This document shows positions 40,032 to 48,948 of a stretch of 64,000 nt of DNA, piece after piece. Location: positions 64,001-128,000 of IMG/VR virus record IMGVR_UViG_3300023174_000064; one strand, given 5' to 3'. Source of the DNA: a virus. Numbering within the stretch: the first letter of the stretch is position 1; every line of letters starts with the position of its first letter. A program made the position numbers and the translations under genes. Under the pieces are notes generated by a model, which worked only from the letters and a program-made list of their open reading frames with translations, was not told the DNA's origin and ran no database searches.

Positions 40032-40928
40032 ATGGCATTAAAAGATTTATTAACATCATCATTACCTAATTATTGTGTTACTTTATTGTCTGGAAGAAAT
40101 ATATGTTTCAGACCAATGATGGTCTCAGAAGAAAAATCATTATTATTGGCAAAACAACACGAACAAAAACAAACAATAATAAAAAATTTAATAAATGTAT
40201 TATCAAATTGTTGTTCTGAAGAAAATTTAAAAAAAATAAAAGAAGTAACAATAGCAGAATTTGAAAATATATTCTTATTAGTAAGAGCCAAATCAATCGG
40301 TGAAACTGAATCGTTTTTAATAAAATGCCCAGAAACTAAAGAGCAAGTTCGTATTAGTGTTAATTTAGAAACTGATGTAAAATTAACACAAAACAAACCA
40401 AATAACATTATTAAAATAAATGACAATTTAGTTATTTTAATGAAAGAACCTTCTGTTTTTTCTTTATTTCAATACCCAGAATACGATAAAAACCCAGATC
40501 AAATGTTTGGGTTTATAGGATCTTGTATTAAAGAAATACAAACTCCCAAAGAAATTATAAATTGTGAAGATATATCAGAACAAGAATTAATTGATTTTAT
40601 TAAAAATTTAACAAAAAAACAATTTAATGAAATATCAAATTATTTAAACAAAATATCAAAAACTTATATCTTAGCGGATTATACGACATCAGACGGTAAA
40701 TCCAGACAAATAAAAATAAATGGCATCTTCAACTACTTTAATTTTTTTTTTGATCACCTAAATCTTAAATTGTTTTATAAACAAAATTTTTTATTAAAAA
40801 ATTATCATAATTACAGTTTATACGAAATAGAAAATATGATACCTTGGGAAAGAACAATTTATATTGAACAAATAAGAAGTTATTTAAAAGAAAAAGAACA
40901 AGCAAAAAAAGGATTTGAATTTCTATGA
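40032..40928 (+). CDS. gp26: Baseplate hub assembly protein gp26 fused in frame to a gp51-like domain
   Basis: FRPMMVSEEKSLL, RAKSIGE, then YSLYEIENMIPWERTIY (gp51-like). Confidence 0.85.
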   Translation: MALKDLLTSSLPNYCVTLLSGRNICFRPMMVSEEKSLLLAKQHEQKQTIIKNLINVLSNCCSEENLKKIKEVTIAEFENIFLLVRAKSIGETESFLIKCPETKEQVRISVNLETDVKLTQNKPNNIIKINDNLVILMKEPSVFSLFQYPEYDKNPDQMFGFIGSCIKEIQTPKEIINCEDISEQELIDFIKNLTKKQFNEISNYLNKISKTYILADYTTSDGKSRQIKINGIFNYFNFFFDHLNLKLFYKQNFLLKNYHNYSLYEIENMIPWERTIYIEQIRSYLKEKEQAKKGFEFL

Positions 40929-41563
40929 TTGAAGAAGATAAAGAAGAACCAGTAAATCAACCAGCTCCAGACACATTTTTTGATGCACTGGTAGATTCTG
41001 GTTTTTTCCCCGAATCATTAGAATTTGTAAAAGATAAAATAAATCCTGGAAATACTGAAGAAGAAACAGATAAAAGTCCAGATATAACAGAAACGCAACA
41101 AGAATCTAATATTGCTATAGAAGACATAAAGCCTATAGAACAATCAGAAGAAACAGAACAAGAACAGGCAATCTCTCTTTCTGATTTAAAAATCGAACAA
41201 ACTTCTGATACAAACAATGAATCTAATATTGCAACACAAGAATTAGAACAACAATCAGAAGAGCAAGAAAAAAGTGAATCAGAATTAAAGTCGGAACCCA
41301 TATCTGAACCAGAGTCTTCTGAAAGTTCCGATAAAATTAATGAAAGTTTAAAAGATCTAATACAAAAAAGCAAAGCAAATCAAGCACAGTCGTTTGCAAA
41401 CGAAGAGCCTGAAGAACCAAACCAAGAATCAGAAGATATAAAAGGTATTGATATTACTAATGAATCAAGCACAACAAATGTAATGCCTTTAGAGCCTGAT
41501 CATTTTAAAATAGTAAAAGACAAATATAAACAAATTCCTAATTGGAGAACATTAATTGGGTAA
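40925..41563 (+). CDS. Acidic low-complexity hypothetical protein
   Basis: 212-aa E/S/Q-rich ORF; ATGA overlap. Confidence 0.7.
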   Translation: MIEEDKEEPVNQPAPDTFFDALVDSGFFPESLEFVKDKINPGNTEEETDKSPDITETQQESNIAIEDIKPIEQSEETEQEQAISLSDLKIEQTSDTNNESNIATQELEQQSEEQEKSESELKSEPISEPESSESSDKINESLKDLIQKSKANQAQSFANEEPEEPNQESEDIKGIDITNESSTTNVMPLEPDHFKIVKDKYKQIPNWRTLIG

Positions 41564-41566
41564 AAG

Positions 41567-41590
41567 AAAAGGCCCCTTTCGGGGCCTTTT
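41567..41590. terminator. Bidirectional intrinsic terminator
   Basis: aaaaggcccc tttc ggggcctttt between convergent genes. Confidence 0.9.
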
Positions 41591-42463
41591 TTATTCGTCT
41601 CCTAGAGACTTCAGGTAACTTTCAACATCTACATCTTCATCCACTTCCGTCTTTGGGGACGGCTTTCGTGAAGGCCGAGCAGGTGCTTCATTCTCAATAG
41701 TGTCCTCTTCGGTGGCTTCACCGCGAACATCGCCTCCTAGAGCGTCTACGAGCTTCACCTTGAGTTCTGCGTAACTCTTGAACTCCTTGGGATTCACAAA
41801 CTCCTTGAGGGCGTATTGCTTCTTCCACAGAGCCTCAAGTTTGGCGTCATCACCGTCAAGCAGTTCTGAAGCCGCACTAAACTCAGACTTATCGTAGTTG
41901 ACATAACCTTCAACCTTACGAATCTTTAGCTTGAAGTTGGCACCCTTCCAGAAGTCAAACGGATTTACTGCATTCTCGTCTTCAAACTCTGGGTTCATTT
42001 GCTCTTGAATCTTCTCAAAAATCTTCTTGCCGTACTTAAACAGGAACACCTTACCCTTGTTTTGAGGAGCAGCAGGATCTTCCACAACAAGAATATTAGA
42101 CACGTAATTAAGCTTACGCTTACGATCACGAGCAATACGCTTATCGCTTTCAGTACCACTATTCCATAGCTCACTGTTTGCTTCACAAACCGGGCACTTT
42201 TCGCCAAGGGTAGTGGGGCAGTTGTGAATAAACCAACCACTCTTTCCCTTAAACGCGTGAGAGTACAGCTTAACCCATGGAATATCCTCGTTCTCCACTG
42301 CTGGAAGAAATCGAATTACAGCATATCCATTACTAGCAGAGTCCAGAGTTGGTCGCCAAAATCGATCATCCTTGTAGTCGTTGTTCTTGTTACTCTTCTC
42401 AAGTTCCTCTTGGAGCTTGCTGGCCATTGTCGTTGAATTCTTCTTTAGATCTTTAAATCCCAT
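41591..42463 (-). CDS. gp32: Single-stranded DNA-binding protein
   Basis: DDRFW, NGYAVIRFLP, CPTTLGEKCPVCE, PFDFWKGANFKLKIR. Confidence 0.97.
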   Translation of the reverse strand: MGFKDLKKNSTTMASKLQEELEKSNKNNDYKDDRFWRPTLDSASNGYAVIRFLPAVENEDIPWVKLYSHAFKGKSGWFIHNCPTTLGEKCPVCEANSELWNSGTESDKRIARDRKRKLNYVSNILVVEDPAAPQNKGKVFLFKYGKKIFEKIQEQMNPEFEDENAVNPFDFWKGANFKLKIRKVEGYVNYDKSEFSAASELLDGDDAKLEALWKKQYALKEFVNPKEFKSYAELKVKLVDALGGDVRGEATEEDTIENEAPARPSRKPSPKTEVDEDVDVESYLKSLGDE

Positions 42464-42485
42464 TATAAATCTCCTTTAATATAAA

Positions 42486-42513
42486 AGTATACACCGGATA
42501 AACTGTAAGTCAA
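42486..42513 (-). promoter_or_regulatory. Sigma70-like promoter TTGACT-16-TATACT (gp32)
   Basis: Hexamers read directly. Confidence 0.7.
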
Positions 42514-42514
42514 A

Positions 42515-42745
42515 TCAAATTGGTAATTTTGATGATTTTGGAAGGTAATTTAATCGCTGTCCTTCTTGCTCTATTTTTTCAATAATAGGCTTTGAAAGTA
42601 TTTTTGCAACACTTTCTGGAAGTACATCTTTACTTTCACAAATAGTAACAACAGCATCCATATAAGACACTTTCCATTGTTCTACATATTTTTCTACTTG
42701 TCGGCAGAAATCGTTTTGTGATTCTTCATCAAAAAATATCACCAT
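42515..42745 (-). CDS. gp33: Late transcription co-activator
   Basis: SYMDAV, KILSKPIIEKIEQEG..LNYL..KLPI. Confidence 0.9.
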   Translation of the reverse strand: MVIFFDEESQNDFCRQVEKYVEQWKVSYMDAVVTICESKDVLPESVAKILSKPIIEKIEQEGQRLNYLPKSSKLPI

Positions 42746-42790
42746 AAGTACAAATATTTATAGGGCATTACTATTAAAATCCAAATATTA

Positions 42791-43324
42791 TTAAATCTTT
42801 ATACGATCAATTATTGAATATAAAACACCCTTAATTGCATCCTTGGTGTGTTTCCATTTCTTTTCTTCTCCTTTTACTGGAGAAAATTTACTGAGAGGAC
42901 ATGTAGTACCTGCCAAAGTTAGTTTAACAGAAAGTGCTGCGCGTCTGCTTGCACCACAACCACATAGTGAACAAAATCCAATACCACCTGGATCTGTTTT
43001 GTCTTCTAAACTATCAACCCTACCTGGGCATCCCTTGCACAAGTCTAATCTCTTTTTTATTTCTTTTTGAGGAGCAGGTCCTTGAGTTGCATGTTTTACC
43101 TCAACCTTTAAATATTGTTTGGCTTTAATTAAAAATAATCTAAAATCTTTAATTTTTTTATTCCAAAAAATATAAAATAAACTAGTTTTTAAAGGATCTG
43201 TGCCATTACTGCACTTTTTTAAATCCTGAATAACTTCAGAGGTCATTTTTGCTGTTTTTCTTTTTTGTAATTTTGCGTGATGTTCAATTACTTTTTGTTT
43301 ACATTTTATAAAAAAATCATCCAT
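42791..43324 (-). CDS. Cys-rich hypothetical protein (paralog of 24641..25162)
   Basis: RLDLCKGCP, FCSLCGCG, KLTLAGTTCPL. Confidence 0.75.
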   Translation of the reverse strand: MDDFFIKCKQKVIEHHAKLQKRKTAKMTSEVIQDLKKCSNGTDPLKTSLFYIFWNKKIKDFRLFLIKAKQYLKVEVKHATQGPAPQKEIKKRLDLCKGCPGRVDSLEDKTDPGGIGFCSLCGCGASRRAALSVKLTLAGTTCPLSKFSPVKGEEKKWKHTKDAIKGVLYSIIDRIKI

Positions 43325-43329
43325 AAAAA

Positions 43330-46300
43330 TTAATCTCCATTAAATCCAGTACAACCTGTTGTTCCGCTTGGCCAACTAATTTCACCACTAATACAACCGG
43401 ATGCAGTACAACCAAGAGTGTATCCCCATGCTGTATAATTCCATTCGTAATCATCCAAACAAGATGTCCAAGATCCTGTAACTCCAGACCATTGACCCTT
43501 TTGAGCAAGTTTCTTTGTGTTGGTTGATGGAACGGGAACCCATGAAGGATAATGACCAAATGTTGCTCCAGTAACTCCTACATTTATTGGCCACGGTGGA
43601 CACGGATCTTCTAGTGTTCCACTAACCCATAACTTTAGTCCCTTTGTGGTATCTGATGTAGAATTACTGTAACCTTTAGGCATCAACTTATTATAATATC
43701 TTCTGTTTTCATTGCAAGAAGAAGACCAAACAAATTCACCAGAAAGTCCTCTAGACCAAGGGGTTGCTCTGATGTGAACACCAAAACTTCTTCCTGTTGC
43801 GTAACTTATTACAGGATTATTAAAACACCAACGATTAATTGAATCACTTAATCCGGCATCACACATAAATCCGGTTTGTCCGGATAGCGACCAAGGACCA
43901 TTTGGATCTTGAGCAGGATATCCTGGAAGTTTATCTTCTCCTCCCGCATCAACAGCAAATGCTGTACTGCTTTCACAAGACAAACTTATACCATCACACT
44001 TCCACAAAAATCGTACACCACGAGGATTACAAGCACACGGATTATTTGTAATTTGTGGTGTGGTATAACAATCTATACCTCCAACAGTCGCAGTTTGAGA
44101 AAATGGTGGTTGATCTGGATCGCAACCTGTTCCTATTGCACTTATTGGGAAATAGTACTGCATGGAATTTGGCCAGTCGTTTCCATATACTGTTCTTGGA
44201 AAAAATGTTGCTGGTCTTTGGTCTTGTTTATAACAATTATTCATAAACCAAGTAGGCATTCCTGGACCCAATCTACTACCACTATTCCACGGTAAATTTT
44301 CTAGTGGCATATCAGTACCACCACCGTTTCTGTAAGTAACATACACTCCAGTTTTATTGTATTTTCTGGCACATACAGCAAGATCCACGTAATTAGGAAC
44401 AGCAAATCCCACATCAGTTTCTATATTCCAAGGTCCCCAAGGTCTTGTTGGGAACATGTGAGCACTCAAAGGTAGGGCAGGACCTATGCTACATTCTGTT
44501 GCAAACGGATCAGTGTAAAATGGATTGTTTACTCCATTACTGTCACCGTTACCACTTGGAGGTTCTGTATTACTATCACTTGGAATGTAAATACCAGCGT
44601 ATGTTGTATTTCCTACTTCAACCGAATGTTCTGATGCATTTCCACCAACGTAACCACATTCTGCACACGGATCAGGTACGTAAATACTTCCGCCATTTCC
44701 GCCGTAATCGGTATCCCATGAATTCTGACCCTGATTGTTTGTAACTGGATTACCACTAGTTCTATTCAGACCTTTATCATCCATTAAATGATATTTTTCG
44801 CATTTAGAGTAAGCAGATGTAGTAATCAAATTTGCAGCTAATCCTTCACCCAATTCTTGGCCAGTAAGAACTCGTGTGGAAGAAACCCAAGCAACCGTGT
44901 TTGTACCAGCAACACATGTAAGAGACCGTGCCATATGAGACGGGTATCTAAAGATTCCAGGAACTCCTTTTACGCCCATTGCACCAGAAAAATTACCGTC
45001 AGACGGACAGAAAGACTCACATGGATGGTCTGCACCAAAGTTCATAGTACATCTGTTAGCAAGTTCTCCATCGTTTGCACATCTTGAAGGAATACCAGGA
45101 AGATTTCTAGAAGATGGTCTACTTCTACTTGGTGCTGCAACTTTTGTGCTCCAACCGTAAGAAGCATTGACTCTATTCCAACTAGGATATAATCCTCCCG
45201 TGAATCCAGCAGGTCTTACTTGCTGCCCTGCTGTCCATAAATTAGTTGTTGTGATTGCCCAATTAGGATCATAACCGGATTCTCCATAGTCACAATTAAA
45301 ACATCCAATTCCTTCTCCTCTTGGTGGTAAAGAAGGAGTACAACTATAAAAACTATTACTACTAAAATCCCAATTATCGTAGGCTGGACAGTCGTATTGT
45401 TGTTTTGAACAAGGAGTAATATAACCTCGATCAGTCATATAAAATTTACAATCTATAGGATCGCTGGGAACACAACCAGGACATACTCCACCAACCGGTG
45501 GTTGATCGTTGCAACAAGTTAATGTATTATTGTAGTTGTAACCACGGTCTTTAGGTGTTACTGTTCCTTGGTATGGTACATAATTACTGTCAAACGAACA
45601 GTCTCTGCTGTACAGTCTGGTTGGTCCGTCTGGAGCGTAAGCAGTGTCTGCTGCATTTGATTTTCGTGTAGTAACAATCTGTCCGGATCTTCTCATGCCT
45701 ACAGCAAAATCTTTATAGATGGTTAGACCAGCGCAGTCTTCACACCAAACTTTAGGATCAAACCAACTCTTATCAGTTGCTCCATCGATTGGATCTGATA
45801 TATTTCCTGTATATAACCAATTTACAGGATATATTGGATCCACATGAACTCCCAGATCAAAGTGCGGGAATCCGGGAGTTCCTTTTCTCCAGTACGCAAA
45901 CCAGTCAGTGTTTGCATTATATGTTGGATTATCGTATTTGTTACTGGGATATTGTGGTGAAATGGGATCCGGATAACCAATACTGCCAGGACCCATGCAC
46001 GCAGATCCTTCTCCTGCTTGTCCGTTGTGGCGTTTGATTGGAGAAATTTTAATGTCTGTCCAATTGTTTACCGCACACGCCACATCAGGATCACCCCAAC
46101 AAAGAGCTGTGCCGTCATTAAACAGCACTGCACTGGTACTAAATCCTGCATGTATACTGACAATTTTATTGATCTTGGGGTGGCGTCCTAGTGTTATTCC
46201 GGCTTTTAGTGATTCTGGAACATTGCATTGTCCCATGGAATTTAATCCCCAACACATAATAGTATTGTCTTCTAGACGAATTATGTTGTGATAAGCACCA

Positions 46301-47358
46301 CACTCAATGTCTATAACTTTTAATTTTGTTGATCCTGCACCTTTTGTTGGTAGAGTTGGAACACACAAAGGATGGCCAACAGGAGCAGGAATTACTGCTG
46401 GTTTGTAATACTCGTAAACGGTTATACCAGTTAAAAAGGTTACACCATTTGGTCCAGTTACTGAGTACAGATAATTACTAAAAGTGACCGAATTTAAATC
46501 ACCAAAAGTACCGTACTTTTTTGTTATCAGATATTTCCAACGTTCACTGGTTACTCCACCAATTCCAAAAGTATTACCAGTATTTAATTTATACGGCCTT
46601 TCTACTCTTGATCCTTCACCATCAAATTCAATGTATCCGTGAGGCCAATTGTATGTAAAATGATTTGCAGGATCACCTTCATTGCCTGGTCCGTCGTATG
46701 TGGTTATTCTGTTTCTTGTGTACCAACATCCTCTGCCTATCGGGCCGGTTTCCCCGGATGATATGTCATTGTTTATGCCGGTACAACCAGAACAACCAGT
46801 GCATCCAATTCCAGTGATGTACACACAAGTTCCAGTACAACCAGTACATCCTTGATATAAACTTAATTCTAAACTTTCACTGGATCTGCATATACCAGTA
46901 AACACGTTAAACAAACTTTTAACGATAGGGTACTTGCTGGTTTCTGAACAATTATAATTTGTTAGTTGAGAACCCACTCCTTCTCTGGCAGGAGAAGTTA
47001 CAGATTCTGCAGGAGAGTGAATCATTATATCAACATCTTGATCTGAATTAGTCCAATTTGTTCTGTTTGGACTTCCATTTGGATTGAATGTTGTGATGTA
47101 ACGATTAGCTCCGTCAGAAAAATATGGAGACTCGTGCACACGCATCCAATCGTAATCAAAAACACCCCAAGCACGAGTGTCTTGATTACCTATTTGGCCG
47201 TACGTTACACCTTTTGCGCCTTCTAATCCAGAACCAATAAAACAATTAATTCTGCCGTCTAATGTCATCACTAAAAAGTGATACCATCCGGCTCGAACTA
47301 AAACCATATCTCCGGTTAAACCTATAGGTGAACAACAACAAGGATTCCATCTAGACAT
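43330..47358 (-). CDS. Large Cys-rich putative virion protein with RCC1-like blades
   Basis: 1342 aa; MSRWNPCCC; IECGAYHNIIRLEDNTIMCWGLNSMGQ, IHAGFSTSAVLFNDGTALCWG. Confidence 0.75.
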   Translation of the reverse strand: MSRWNPCCCSPIGLTGDMVLVRAGWYHFLVMTLDGRINCFIGSGLEGAKGVTYGQIGNQDTRAWGVFDYDWMRVHESPYFSDGANRYITTFNPNGSPNRTNWTNSDQDVDIMIHSPAESVTSPAREGVGSQLTNYNCSETSKYPIVKSLFNVFTGICRSSESLELSLYQGCTGCTGTCVYITGIGCTGCSGCTGINNDISSGETGPIGRGCWYTRNRITTYDGPGNEGDPANHFTYNWPHGYIEFDGEGSRVERPYKLNTGNTFGIGGVTSERWKYLITKKYGTFGDLNSVTFSNYLYSVTGPNGVTFLTGITVYEYYKPAVIPAPVGHPLCVPTLPTKGAGSTKLKVIDIECGAYHNIIRLEDNTIMCWGLNSMGQCNVPESLKAGITLGRHPKINKIVSIHAGFSTSAVLFNDGTALCWGDPDVACAVNNWTDIKISPIKRHNGQAGEGSACMGPGSIGYPDPISPQYPSNKYDNPTYNANTDWFAYWRKGTPGFPHFDLGVHVDPIYPVNWLYTGNISDPIDGATDKSWFDPKVWCEDCAGLTIYKDFAVGMRRSGQIVTTRKSNAADTAYAPDGPTRLYSRDCSFDSNYVPYQGTVTPKDRGYNYNNTLTCCNDQPPVGGVCPGCVPSDPIDCKFYMTDRGYITPCSKQQYDCPAYDNWDFSSNSFYSCTPSLPPRGEGIGCFNCDYGESGYDPNWAITTTNLWTAGQQVRPAGFTGGLYPSWNRVNASYGWSTKVAAPSRSRPSSRNLPGIPSRCANDGELANRCTMNFGADHPCESFCPSDGNFSGAMGVKGVPGIFRYPSHMARSLTCVAGTNTVAWVSSTRVLTGQELGEGLAANLITTSAYSKCEKYHLMDDKGLNRTSGNPVTNNQGQNSWDTDYGGNGGSIYVPDPCAECGYVGGNASEHSVEVGNTTYAGIYIPSDSNTEPPSGNGDSNGVNNPFYTDPFATECSIGPALPLSAHMFPTRPWGPWNIETDVGFAVPNYVDLAVCARKYNKTGVYVTYRNGGGTDMPLENLPWNSGSRLGPGMPTWFMNNCYKQDQRPATFFPRTVYGNDWPNSMQYYFPISAIGTGCDPDQPPFSQTATVGGIDCYTTPQITNNPCACNPRGVRFLWKCDGISLSCESSTAFAVDAGGEDKLPGYPAQDPNGPWSLSGQTGFMCDAGLSDSINRWCFNNPVISYATGRSFGVHIRATPWSRGLSGEFVWSSSCNENRRYYNKLMPKGYSNSTSDTTKGLKLWVSGTLEDPCPPWPINVGVTGATFGHYPSWVPVPSTNTKKLAQKGQWSGVTGSWTSCLDDYEWNYTAWGYTLGCTASGCISGEISWPSGTTGCTGFNGD

Positions 47359-47385
47359 ACTGTAAAGCGACTTTCTGACCTGAAA

Positions 47386-47733
47386 TTATTTCAGGGTCAG
47401 TAGATATTTAGTTTGATTTACCAAACCAAGCATTTCGTCACGGATATTGGAAAGATCAGTGTTTCCGGACAGTTCTTTTTCTATTTCAACCGAAAAAAAG
47501 TGTACTGCTTGATCTAACAGTTTCATTGGGCTTCCTAGAGTGTACGGACGGAGATCTAATTTAATAGGTGGTAGATTCTTACCATGGCTTCCCATGTATG
47601 TTTCCACAAACGTGTCTATCAGTTCATCTAAACCTTCGTAAGCCTTGCCTAAAGCTTTATGTTCAGCATAAGAGCTTGTACCCCAGTGAAGCATACGAAG
47701 TTGGTTTTGAAGTCCTAATAGTTTATCTACCAT
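47386..47733 (-). CDS. Ferritin/Dps-like four-helix protein (DUF5856-like)
   Basis: LHWGTSSYAEHKALG..YE...D.FVE, NIRDEM...KYLLTL. Confidence 0.8.
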   Translation of the reverse strand: MVDKLLGLQNQLRMLHWGTSSYAEHKALGKAYEGLDELIDTFVETYMGSHGKNLPPIKLDLRPYTLGSPMKLLDQAVHFFSVEIEKELSGNTDLSNIRDEMLGLVNQTKYLLTLK

Positions 47734-47833
47734 ATGTGTTCTCCTATAGTATATAATGCACCCGGGTGGGGATGCAAAGTATCTATAGAAATTCCATTTT
47801 CAATAAATACCCGTAGAAGGAAGGTGATTTCTA

Positions 47834-47941
47834 ATGCAAATAATCAATTGGCTAAAAGCTCAATTAAACACCGTTCTAGTTAAATTAAATCTAAAACCAC
47901 AACCCAAGAAGTGTTCAAAGAAGCAGTGCTGCAAAAAGTAA
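47834..47941 (+). CDS. 35-aa basic peptide MQIINWLKAQLNTVLVKLNLKPQPKKCSKKQCCKK
   Basis: Strong SD (AAGGAAGGTGA), upstream AATAAATA, downstream hairpin. Confidence 0.55.
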   Translation: MQIINWLKAQLNTVLVKLNLKPQPKKCSKKQCCKK

Positions 47942-47958
47942 AGAGTATTCAATAATGG

Positions 47959-47997
47959 AATAACGGGCTCCCACCTGTGACGGCGGGAGCCCTTATT
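47959..47997. terminator. Hairpin / terminator between convergent genes
   Basis: gggctccc...gggagccc stem. Confidence 0.7.
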
Positions 47998-48001
47998 CTT
48001 T

Positions 48002-48550
48002 TTACACTATTACCTTTTTACAGTAGTCGTACATGGCAATGCCACTTGCCGTACCTACATTCAGGCTACGCACAGAACCGTACTGAGTGATGTATACGGT
48101 GTCCTGAGCCATCTGGAGCAGCTCTGGAGGCACTCCAACCTGTTCTTGGCCCAGAATGATTACTGCGTGCTTATTGATGGGCCATTGGTAAGATTCCAAA
48201 TTAATGGAATTTTCCACATTATCCATGGCAACCAGATGTAGTGGTCCTACTTGTTCCGCCAGCGTGTCAAGTCCTTGCACCAACCGATCCAACGTTCCAC
48301 AGTGTACAGAACGAACATAGTGGTGAGTACCAACAGTACCACGACGATCATACTGCTTAGACCCATAGATAAAAACTCGTTTAGCCAAGAATGCGTTAGC
48401 GTTCCGGATGCAAGTAGCAATATTAAAGTCATTGTATAGGTTGCTGCAAATAATAGAGAAGTTGTTTGCTCGTGAGTCAAGATCCGCAATAATTGCTTCA
48501 TGATTCCAGTAATGGTAATGGTCAATGATGTTACGAGATTCACTCGCCAT
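48002..48550 (-). CDS. SpoU/TrmH-family RNA 2'-O-methyltransferase
   Basis: NIATCIRNANAF, ILGQEQVGV, ITQYGSVRSLNVGTASGIAMY SPOUT motifs; start uncertain. Confidence 0.9.
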   Translation of the reverse strand: MASESRNIIDHYHYWNHEAIIADLDSRANNFSIICSNLYNDFNIATCIRNANAFLAKRVFIYGSKQYDRRGTVGTHHYVRSVHCGTLDRLVQGLDTLAEQVGPLHLVAMDNVENSINLESYQWPINKHAVIILGQEQVGVPPELLQMAQDTVYITQYGSVRSLNVGTASGIAMYDYCKKVIV

Positions 48551-48875
48551 CCCAGTTCTTGAAGAATTGATTGAAGTCAGGTCCGTCATTGTCTCGCTTT
48601 CGCTTCTTGTTTTTGTTTCCCAGATAAAAATTCTTGTAGTAATACTTAAAGTCGGTAAAACCTGGCCATCCAGCAGCATTTAATGCTTTAGTTTCTAACT
48701 TGATGCCATGCTTAACAAACCAAGCACCTAAATTGTATCGTAACTGTTTTACTGAGCCAGGATAACATTCTTTGGATGGATTCCAATCACGAGCATCCAT
48801 CTTTAAAAGAATACCAAATCCTAGATTAATGAGCTTCTTACCAAACCAAATTTTAAATGTATTAAATGTTTTCAT
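48540..48875 (-). CDS. Hypothetical protein
   Basis: ORF trimmed to the ATG just downstream of tRNA-Gly. Confidence 0.55.
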   Translation of the reverse strand: MKTFNTFKIWFGKKLINLGFGILLKMDARDWNPSKECYPGSVKQLRYNLGAWFVKHGIKLETKALNAAGWPGFTDFKYYYKNFYLGNKNKKRKRDNDGPDFNQFFKNWDGE

Positions 48876-48877
48876 AA

Positions 48878-48948
48878 TGCGGGTAAAGGGAATCGAACCC
48901 TTGTCTACTGCTTGGAAGGCAGTCGTGCTACCATTATACCACACCCGC
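48878..48948 (-). tRNA. tRNA-Gly(UCC)
   Basis: GCGGGTG...ACTGC CT TCC AA GCAGT...GGTTCGATTCC...TACCCGC A cloverleaf. Confidence 0.93.

Noticed and set aside
48876-48944. N-terminal extension MWYNGSTTAFQAVDKGSIPF of ORF 48540..48944
   Set aside because: It is the translation of tRNA-Gly; the real start is more likely 48875
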